Virus record (IMG/VR): IMGVR_UViG_3300045125_000130
Direction: 5' to 3' (one strand)
DNA from: an uncultured virus (IMG/VR IMGVR_UViG_3300045125_000130)
Taxonomy: Duplodnaviria; Heunggongvirae; Uroviricota; Caudoviricetes
DNA: 20,000 nucleotides
Shown: in pieces, positions 1-6,692 of the stretch
Layout of the letters: every line of letters starts with the position of its first letter
Numbering within the stretch: the first letter of the stretch is position 1
Program-made: the position numbers and the translations under genes
Notes under the pieces: model-generated
What the model saw: only the letters and a program-made list of their open reading frames with translations
The model's database searches: none
Told to the model about the DNA's origin: nothing

Positions 1-714
1 TGCCTCATACTGCGTAGTAACACTACCAATCCGGCTACGATAAGTTTCAAGCTTTCCAGTTAGAACACCAACAGCCATTGCAATATCCATGATAGCCTGT
101 GTATGCTGGGCACGCTTTGCTGCAATGAAATCGTTAACACTATCGGTATCAAGAGTAGCTCCTTTAATCTCTGCAACCTTACGGCGCTTTAGATCAAGCC
201 AAGCATTTTCATACTGCTTGAATAGATACCGCAAAAGCTTATCATGCTCGGCATTACTGCCCCACGACGTTTTAACACCATGACGAAGAAATGCCTTGAT
301 ATCACGCTCAATATAGGCATCGCCATTAGGAACAAAATCAAAAATGGGACCGTTAAAGTTATCCGGATCCAAACGGTTTCCTGCGGTAAATGAAAGCACC
401 GAATATCGGATGGTGTATGCAATATCACCGGAACCTACATACCGACACGTGATCGGATTGCATGGCTGTCCCTGCCACCGAATAGGATTAAATGTCACGG
501 TCTTTCCAGGCTGATCATTGATAACGTTATCCAAGATACTGGTAGAACCCCATCGATATAGACCACGACGGGAACGATACTTGTTTAGATACTCAATCTG
601 TTCCAGGGCGGTCTTTGAGGTAAACTTATCTTCGGAACAAATGAAATTAAGAAGATCGCTGGAATTGATACTATATACAGACTTTGAACGGGGCATTTTC
701 TTTTCTTTCTTCAC
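1..714 (-). CDS. Hypothetical phage protein, >238 aa, runs off the left edge (not in the ORF track)
   Basis: Manual translation is open from GTG 714 (or ATG 696) to position 1: MKKEKKMPRSKSVYSINSSDLLNFICSEDKF...GSVTTQYEA. The GTGA start overlaps the stop of the upstream ORF. Confidence 0.8.
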   Translation of the reverse strand, partial: MKKEKKMPRSKSVYSINSSDLLNFICSEDKFTSKTALEQIEYLNKYRSRRGLYRWGSTSILDNVINDQPGKTVTFNPIRWQGQPCNPITCRYVGSGDIAYTIRYSVLSFTAGNRLDPDNFNGPIFDFVPNGDAYIERDIKAFLRHGVKTSWGSNAEHDKLLRYLFKQYENAWLDLKRRKVAEIKGATLDTDSVNDFIAAKRAQHTQAIMDIAMAVGVLTGKLETYRSRIGSVTTQYEA

Positions 715-1138
715 TTAAGGGGGGAACAATAACAACGGGGACTAAGGCGATGTGAAAGATGGATCCAACCACTCTTTTCATTGCAAAGAATATTCAACTG
801 ATATGAACCAGCAAGAGTGTCACCACTTATACCGCCAATTACGGTCTTATAATCAGGCTTTGCAAGTAGCATAAAAATGCTACCCTTTTCAATACGATGC
901 CGGGGCTCTTGACCCGGAATAAAAGGGTTAAATACGTTATTATTAAGCCAACGGATATTATTACGTCGGTGCGTCTTTTGCTTAACCTCAACCAAATCGG
1001 TCTTTTGGCTATATAGCATAACGAATCCTGTAAGCTGATAAAGGCGTCCTACCTTCCAGAAACGCTTGCCGCCTGAATATGATCAACATGAGCCAATCGC
1101 CCACGTTGAGGAAAGTTTTTAGTGGTAGGACTATCCAT
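711..1138 (-). CDS. Hypothetical protein, probably frameshifted (intact part 711-1019)
   Basis: A 102-aa ORF at 711-1019. An upstream ATG at 1138 (MDSPTTKNFPQRG...) lies just after the previous stop but in another frame, so a single indel is inferred. Confidence 0.55.
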
Positions 1139-1143
1139 ATGGA

Positions 1144-1290
1144 TCACCAGTTATCGGGATTGCGATATTCGTGCTTCTTTGCCTTCTCACGGCGGAAACG
1201 ACGATCACGCATCGGTCCACCCTTGAGATTGAAAAGCATAAACTCCGTCACAGCGGAACGTCGCTTGGGCATGGTATTCTTCTTTGCCAT
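1144..1290 (-). CDS. Small basic protein, 48 aa (MAKKNTMPKRRSAVTEFMLFNLKGGPMRDRRFRREKAKKHEYRNPDNW), loosely ArfA-like
   Basis: ATG at 1290 lies 7 nt below a consensus -10 box. The protein is very K/R-rich. Confidence 0.65.
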   Translation of the reverse strand: MAKKNTMPKRRSAVTEFMLFNLKGGPMRDRRFRREKAKKHEYRNPDNW

Positions 1291-1297
1291 AATAGTC

Positions 1298-1326
1298 AAT
1301 ATAACATATTGATGGAGATATTTCAA
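1298..1326 (-). promoter_or_regulatory. Sigma70-type promoter, TTGAAA-17-(TGn)TATATT
   Basis: Minus strand reads ttgaaa tatctccatcaatatgt tatatt gactatt ATG. Confidence 0.7.
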
Positions 1327-1428
1327 CCAATCATTTTATTCCTCAAAACCAAGCATAGAAACGGTTAAAAATGGATAAACAAATGAAAACCCAAACAAAA
1401 CGTATCGATTGTCTTTTAGAACGTAAAA

Positions 1429-1460
1429 GCAAAAAACCTATCCAAGCTAAAGGATAGGTT
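1429..1460 (-). terminator. Intrinsic terminator downstream of tRNA-Glu
   Basis: Minus strand AACCTATCC-tttagctt-GGATAGGTT followed by a T tract. Confidence 0.75.
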
Positions 1461-1495
1461 AATGCCATAAGGACTAATGAGAGGTAGTATAACAT

Positions 1496-1567
1496 TGACT
1501 CTACGGGAATCTGAATCCCGATAGCAAGAGTGAAAATCTTGAGTCCTAACCGTTAGACGATAGAGCC
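1496..1567 (-). tRNA. tRNA-Glu(UUC), no encoded CCA
   Basis: Minus-strand cloverleaf: acceptor GGCTCTA/TAGAGTC, D arm GTCT-AACGGTT-AGGAC, anticodon stem CAAGA/TCTTG with loop TT-TTC-AC, T arm CGGGA-TTCAGAT-TCCCG. Confidence 0.9.
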
Positions 1568-1582
1568 GTTGTTTATGTATTC

Positions 1583-1611
1583 AATATAGCAAAGGTGTTC
1601 TGGAATGTAAA
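1583..1611 (-). promoter_or_regulatory. Sigma70-type promoter for tRNA-Glu, TTTACA-17-(TGn)TATATT
   Basis: Minus strand tttaca ttccagaacacctttgc tatatt, 15 nt upstream of the tRNA 5' end. Confidence 0.7.
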
Positions 1612-1818
1612 CTATTTTTTTGCTGCCCACCAAACTAATGCCCAATAAAGTATGGCAGAGCAACAACTCAATCCGGAAACAAAAAAAGTAATGGCGGCTG
1701 TATTATCTCCTTGAAGATATTGACTAACCGCCATTACAAACTGAAACATCATCATTAATACGTTGATTGAAAGATTTAAGCCTGGATGCTTTAATATCTT
1801 TAACAACATATCCCGCAT
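1612..1818 (-). CDS. Small membrane protein with two hydrophobic helices (possible holin-like)
   Basis: 68 aa with two hydrophobic stretches and a basic C-terminus (KK). It lies directly downstream of the putative cell-wall hydrolase. Confidence 0.6.
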   Translation of the reverse strand: MRDMLLKILKHPGLNLSINVLMMMFQFVMAVSQYLQGDNTAAITFFVSGLSCCSAILYWALVWWAAKK

Positions 1819-1826
1819 GTATTTAA

Positions 1827-2471
1827 TTACTCAGGTAAACTCCAAAATTGATTTAAAGTTTCTCCGCATTCTATTGGTGTCCAACCTCTTCTTATAAGAG
1901 TATTTCTACGGAAATATCTGGCACCCCAATGATCTATTCGAACATTACAAGGATTTTCCGGATTTGTTCTTAATAAGGTTCCAACGTGCTCATAAACTTG
2001 TCGGAAACCTTCTCGTCTGCTGGACCAAGGAATTGTTGTTGTTTCTCTCCAACCTCTTGGTTCTCTTAAATCTGGACGCAAGTGAGCAACCCACCTGTGA
2101 TTGTCTGTTCTATTAAGATTGAATGATAAAGGCGCATAGGCTCTCATAATGCCTAACGTTACTTCTCCTGTTCTACTTCTTGTGCGAAGGGCATGGTATA
2201 TCATTGTGCAATCGTTTGTTCTTGTTTGAAAGCCGGCTTCGCTAATACAAATGCGAGCAAGAGCTAAATGAACATTTCTATTAACCGGGATTGGTTCTGG
2301 AACCGGGGCATCTAAACTTGGATCATAGCAAACATGTTCGCTGTTATCATAACATGTAACCGTTAATGGATCTGCTGGTGGCGTTACCGTTGCTACTTCA
2401 TCACGATAACCTGTGGATGATCCACCTATTAACATTGATGTAGCTATTATAGCAAATATTAGTTTTCTCAT
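1827..2471 (-). CDS. Secreted SleB/Hydrolase_2-like cell-wall hydrolase (lytic transglycosylase-like)
   Basis: Signal peptide MRKLIFAIIATSMLIGG and a Pro-rich linker. LALARICISEAG...IYHALRTR resembles the SleB motif LARxIxxEA...VxxVIxNR with the catalytic Glu. An AGGAG Shine-Dalgarno is upstream. Confidence 0.6.
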   Translation of the reverse strand: MRKLIFAIIATSMLIGGSSTGYRDEVATVTPPADPLTVTCYDNSEHVCYDPSLDAPVPEPIPVNRNVHLALARICISEAGFQTRTNDCTMIYHALRTRSRTGEVTLGIMRAYAPLSFNLNRTDNHRWVAHLRPDLREPRGWRETTTIPWSSRREGFRQVYEHVGTLLRTNPENPCNVRIDHWGARYFRRNTLIRRGWTPIECGETLNQFWSLPE

Positions 2472-2489
2472 ATTTTATCTCCTAAAAAG

Positions 2490-2526
2490 CAAAAAACAGG
2501 CTACTTTTTAGGGTTAGCCCGCTTTC
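2490..2526 (-). terminator. Terminator-like hairpin between lysS and the hydrolase gene
   Basis: Minus strand AAAGCGGGCTA-11 nt-TAGCCTGTTTT followed by further Ts. Confidence 0.5.
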
Positions 2527-2562
2527 AGCTATTTGTTGGTTCCTTTTAAGTATATCCCACGA

Positions 2563-3886
2563 TCACGTATTTGACTTTAGTGTAGGGAAGAATACTACAT
2601 CCCGTAGATTTGGGACACCGAAAGAAGAGAATCAAACGATCAATGCCAACGCCACAACCACTCTGCGGAGGCATACCGTGCTCCATACATTCAAGATAAT
2701 CTTCCTCAATCATCATGGCTTCATCATCACCATTTGCTCGCTCCTGCATCTGCTGCTCAAGTAGCTGCCGCTGTAGGACGGGATCGGTAAGCTCTGTGTA
2801 GCACTTGACCACTTCCCAGCCTTCTACAATAAACTGCCATTGCTGAACCGTATTAGGGTCATTGGGATGCCTTGCAGCCATTGGAGACATATGAGCCGGA
2901 TAATCAGTCACAAATACCGGATCAATAAGCTTTGGACGAACTGCGGTCTTAAATAGCTGATCTGCTTCCTTTGCACTCATATCATCTGGATTACGTCCAG
3001 TATGTTCCTTGAATAGTTCACGATATTCTACAACGGGTGCCTGTGCCCATCGATCAAGCTTTGAACGTGGTTCATCACCAATATCATCAAATCTTGACCA
3101 CGTAGCCTTCCAAAGATAATAAAGCATATTCCGGAAAAGCTTCATATTGTCGCAATAATCCCAATATGCTGCATACCATTCAAGAGAAGTAAACTCTTGC
3201 AAATGGGATGGATCGATACCTTCATTACGAAACTGCTTGCCAATCTCAAACACACGATCAAAACCAGCAACAGTCATACGCTTAAGATAAGTCTCTGGCG
3301 CAATACGAAGATAGAAATCTGCATCAAGAGCATTATGGTGAGTAATGAATGGACGAGCCTGGGCGCCACTTGCTTGCGGCGTTAGGATTGGAGTTTCTAC
3401 CTCCATAAACTGCTGTTCTTCTAGATAACTCCGAATAATACTAATAATCTTACTTCTGTTTCTGAATAGCTTGCGGCTCTCCGGATCTGTGGCACATTCC
3501 AGCCAACGCTTGCGCCTTACAAGCTCTGGATCGGTCATACCATGCCACTTGTCAGGGAAACCTACGGAAGCCTTTTGGAGCCTCTGGAAGCCCTTATTGA
3601 CCAATACAGTCTTTTCTCCGGTAGAGGTAGTCCATACTTCGCCAGTAACGGCAACAATATCTCCAATATGGGGAATAGCAGACCACTCCTTAAAGTTTGC
3701 TTCATCCATCATCTTCTTATTAAAAGCAAACTGGATCTTTGCATCGCTATTATCGGAAATATGACCGAAGGCTACACCACCCATTTTACGATAAGACAAT
3801 ACTCTGCCAATAACGTGAACTGGCTCACCGTCGTTATATTGGCGAATATGTCGAGCAAAAACCTGATCTTCTGTATTAGAAAACAT
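2563..3886 (-). CDS. lysS: Lysyl-tRNA synthetase, class II (compact, about 440 aa; one frameshift near the C-terminus)
   Basis: OB anticodon domain (GRVLSYRKMGGVAFGHI...GDIVAVTGE), motif 1 [33 protein letters not shown], motif 2 [15 protein letters not shown], motif 3 GMPPQSGCGVGIDRL. The C-terminus NLRDVVFFPTLKSNT* is in the adjacent frame. SD AGGA precedes ATG 3886. Confidence 0.95.
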
Positions 3887-3905
3887 ATATCCTAAAACGT
3901 TAAAA

Positions 3906-3943
3906 CCTGCTATAAGCATAGCAGGGTCGGTTTAGAAAATAAA
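3906..3943 (-). promoter_or_regulatory. Promoter TTTATT-17-(TGn)TATGCT overlapping a terminator-like hairpin upstream of lysS
   Basis: Minus strand tttatt ttctaaaccgaccctgc tatgct, with hairpin CCTGCTAT-gctt-ATAGCAGG then TTTT. Confidence 0.55.
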
Positions 3944-3950
3944 CTTTTAT

Positions 3951-4394
3951 TCAGCCAGCAGCCAGGAAATGACCACGTGCATTATCCCGAAGGCGATTAA
4001 AATTATCGGGAAACACTCTACGAAAAAGATTAACGCTCCATACGCACGCCTTATGCTCGCTTGATCCCTTGAGAACATGACCCCACTCGTGTAGAAAAGT
4101 TAGAACCGAAAGCTTACCGTGAAGCGTGATAGTCTTATTGAGAGGATCAAAGTTAGAACGCCCGCTGCCCTCATTCAGTAGGACGCTGGGATCAAACTTC
4201 AATTCAATATCCAAACGATAAATCCGGCAAAGCTCAATATGAAGCCACCCAAACTTATCCATGCGACTGATAAGATCCCCCTTCCAGGGGTAGAAACGCT
4301 TGAAGCGGTTTAGAGCCTCTAGCGTTTCACTCTTATACTTTACATCACGGATAACCTCGTCCAGCGAAGCGGGATAATCAGCGAGGCTTGACAT
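3951..4394 (-). CDS. Small zincin-like metallopeptidase (HExxH)
   Basis: 147 aa containing ITLHGKLSVLTFLHEWGHVLKGSSEHKAC, i.e. HExxH plus a downstream Glu as in ImmA/IrrE-type zincins. Confidence 0.7.
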   Translation of the reverse strand: MSSLADYPASLDEVIRDVKYKSETLEALNRFKRFYPWKGDLISRMDKFGWLHIELCRIYRLDIELKFDPSVLLNEGSGRSNFDPLNKTITLHGKLSVLTFLHEWGHVLKGSSEHKACVWSVNLFRRVFPDNFNRLRDNARGHFLAAG

Positions 4395-4557
4395 AATCTA
4401 AAACCGCTCCGGATCCGAGAAAGAAAAACAGGATAAGGAACAAACCCATATCAATCGCCGCTATCAATCTCAAACTTCGCACCGCAATCATTGCACTCAT
4501 AACGATTGTAGCAGCGCCCGAGGTTAGCAATATGCCGATAGCTATTGTGCGCGGCAC
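4378..4557 (-). CDS. Small two-helix membrane protein, 59 aa (not in the ORF track)
   Basis: GTG start; MPRTIAIGILLTSGAATIVMSAMIAVRSLRLIAAIDMGLFLILFFFLGSGAVLDYVKPR*. It overlaps both neighbouring genes. Confidence 0.6.
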   Translation of the reverse strand: MPRTIAIGILLTSGAATIVMSAMIAVRSLRLIAAIDMGLFLILFFFLGSGAVLDYVKPR

Positions 4558-4922
4558 CGATTAAGCACATCACGACGGAACGTGTCGAGAGTATCAAGCG
4601 CCGAAGCGATCTCCTCCGGAGCGGTGACGGTGACAGACTTAGACGGCGGGCTCATACCGGGGCCGCTAATCTGCACACTAAGACGGAGCCCACCAAAACG
4701 GTTAACACCGCCGGATGCCGCATACACCGGATAACAACTAAACTGCCACTCCGGAACATAATACGGTCGGGCAACCTCGGCAGCATAGAACGGGGTAAAG
4801 GTCTTATCATTCCAGGGCTGCGGAGCAGGGCACGGCAAAGCAACATCGCCACGCAGGCGAAGCGTAGCAAAGGTGTCGGTGAGGGCGTCAGCGTACTGCT
4901 CAATGTTTTCGATCTTGTTCAT
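4542..4922 (-). CDS. Hypothetical protein (GC-rich), probably leaderless
   Basis: MNKIENIEQYADALTDTF..., 126 aa from ATG 4922, which is 7 nt below a -10 box. Confidence 0.7.
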   Translation of the reverse strand: MNKIENIEQYADALTDTFATLRLRGDVALPCPAPQPWNDKTFTPFYAAEVARPYYVPEWQFSCYPVYAASGGVNRFGGLRLSVQISGPGMSPPSKSVTVTAPEEIASALDTLDTFRRDVLNRCRAQ

Positions 4923-4929
4923 GCTTAAT

Positions 4930-4958
4930 ATATTAGCATAAGAAAAGATGATTTTCAA
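4930..4958 (-). promoter_or_regulatory. Sigma70-type promoter, TTGAAA-17-(TGn)TAATAT
   Basis: Minus strand ttgaaa atcatcttttcttatgc taatat attaagc ATG. Confidence 0.7.
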
Positions 4959-4961
4959 GTA

Positions 4962-4989
4962 ATAAAAAAGCCCTATAAAATAGGGCTTA
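4962..4989 (-). terminator. Intrinsic terminator after tmRNA
   Basis: AAGCCCTAT-ttt-ATAGGGCTT followed by TTTT on the minus strand. Confidence 0.8.
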
Positions 4990-4991
4990 AA

Positions 4992-5357
4992 TGGAGATAT
5001 CGGGAGTCGAACCCGAGGTCCAGAAGAGATCCAAATGATTTGTTGTCACATAGCGTAGCCCTTTTATAAATTACCCATCATAAGCTTAACCAAAGAGCGG
5101 GTTGTATATGATATGGCTTCAAAGTTTAAACCTTGGCAGTAGAAGCTATCCCTACAAGGTCGAGTTTGTTTAATAACAATCTAATAGATCCTCAAACGGC
5201 GTATCTATTAAACCGCTTGCTGTCAAGCAGCAAGAGCGTAAGAGCTATAAGAACTATCGTTTGCACTTACTTTTGTTTACGGTTTTTGAGCGGTCATAAA
5301 CGCCCGCTGCTATGCAAATCAATTATCACTTCCCCTGTCGAAACCAATATTATCCCC
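4992..5357 (-). ncRNA. ssrA: tmRNA; tag peptide ANDSSYSSYALAA* at 5264-5223
   Basis: 5' end GGGGATAATATTGGTTTCGACAGGG and 3' end GGGTTCGACTCCCGATATCTCCA. The acceptor stem GGGGATA/TATCTCC has the G3:U70 alanine identity pair. The tag ORF starts GCA AAC GAT and ends YALAA-TGA. Confidence 0.95.
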
Positions 5358-5724
5358 TTTTCTTTTCTATATACGGAAAGATGCTATAAGTAGTTCCATG
5401 TTTCTTAAAGACCCATGTACCTAAAACTGTTCCATAAACTACCGATTTAGATTTCAATACAGCCGCAAGACCACTTTGGTTCATCCAGTATCTTGCTCCT
5501 GTTTGGGTATCTTCCCAAAGTATCTTACCACCGTAATACATATTGATAAACTTTAAATTGGCATCAAATATTTCATTTTCACGCCACTCATATTTCTGCT
5601 CCCAATTTGGTTTTCGCATTTCATATAAAGTAATTTGATGTGGAACACTACCTGCTGGAAGATTGTTAATCTTATCGGCTTCCTTTATAAATGGTATTTT
5701 GTAATCTACTTTTTTACGAGGCAT
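5350..5724 (-). CDS. Hypothetical phage protein, 124 aa
   Basis: Intact ORF whose stop codon lies within the first 8 nt of the tmRNA. Confidence 0.75.
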   Translation of the reverse strand: MPRKKVDYKIPFIKEADKINNLPAGSVPHQITLYEMRKPNWEQKYEWRENEIFDANLKFINMYYGGKILWEDTQTGARYWMNQSGLAAVLKSKSVVYGTVLGTWVFKKHGTTYSIFPYIEKKRG

Positions 5725-5752
5725 ATACTTCTTACCTACGTATAAGTAGTGT

Positions 5753-6220
5753 TTATTCTAGAAGGCTAATCTTCGGCAAAGAAATAGTAAAACGTTTCCA
5801 TACCCATCTTCTCCACTTACGAAGAACACGTCTTAACCACCATAGGGGTCTACGTTCATATCCATCCTTCTTTTCATGGCATGGAACACAAAGAGGCTGT
5901 GCATTGTCTGCTGTATTCGTGCCACCCTGATTTATTGGAATAATATGATCCAAGGTAAGCTTATGCCTACCTTTAACGTTACAAACAGCACAACCCCACT
6001 CGGAAGCTTCTAATACCATCAACCATTGACGGGTAGAAATACGACCGGAGGGCTTCTCTTATTTCTTTTGGAGCGATTATTGGAACGCAATCTTAATCTC
6101 TCGGCGTTCCAACATTCCCAACATATATGTTCAGAAAAATGCGGGAGACTTATCTATCTTTCGTTTATCACGAAAACATAGCTGACAAGTATGCTCCTTC
6201 TTTCTAAACCAATGCAACAT
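5753..6220 (-). CDS. HNH endonuclease with N-terminal Cys cluster (frameshifted)
   Basis: CAVC...LTLDHIIPINQGGTNTADNAQPLCVPCHEKK. N-terminal pieces MLHWFRKKEHTCQLC and ICWECWN are in other frames. There is a TGATG overlap with the deaminase stop. Confidence 0.85.
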
Positions 6221-6657
6221 CAGTAAACGATATCCGTGGTATCTCCATTAGGCTTAATTAGCATCTTACCAAACTGATGCTCATTAATAGTATAATATGC
6301 CTTACGAATACCGTAACTGTTTGGAGTGTTCTCGCAGATAGGACAAGCGAGCCATTCCAGGTTTACCGTTCAACCGTAGCCTACGGGCTACAAAATCTTA
6401 CAGCCACGCAAATCAACCTTGTTACGTGCCCTAAAATAGCATCCTGTTCAGCATGGGTTGAAAGACAAAAATCTCTTCCCTTACCACGAGTGATATCGGT
6501 ATAATACTCAACAAAAGCATTAGTGTTATGTTTATTGTAGCACACCGAGATTACTGAACCACCACGAACAATGATAGCGCAAAGATGATAATCGATCTGA
6601 TCACCATAGTCCTTCTCATGTGGCATACTGCGTTGCAATACGTAGATATCTGTGCAT
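6220..6657 (-). CDS. Zn-dependent cytidine/dCMP deaminase-family protein (frameshifted)
   Basis: HLCAIIVRGGSVISVCYN, STHAEQDAI, and a downstream CPICEN...YGIRKAYYT in another frame, giving the HxE plus CxxC signature. Confidence 0.8.
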
Positions 6658-6663
6658 AAGGGT

Positions 6664-6692
6664 ATCATACCAGATTATAAACTTATTTTAAA
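6664..6692 (-). promoter_or_regulatory. Sigma70-type promoter, TTTAAA-17-(TGn)TATGAT
   Basis: Minus strand tttaaa ataagtttataatctgg tatgat accctt ATG. Confidence 0.6.

Noticed and set aside
1311..1321. ATATCTCCAT match to the tmRNA 3' end as a possible att site
   Set aside because: The match is only 10 bp, AT-rich and inside a promoter spacer, and no integrase is present, so it is likely chance.
3197..5393. Plus-strand ORFs of the left arm and their minus-strand mirrors
   Set aside because: They are antisense shadows of lysS, tmRNA and other genes and carry no recognisable motifs.
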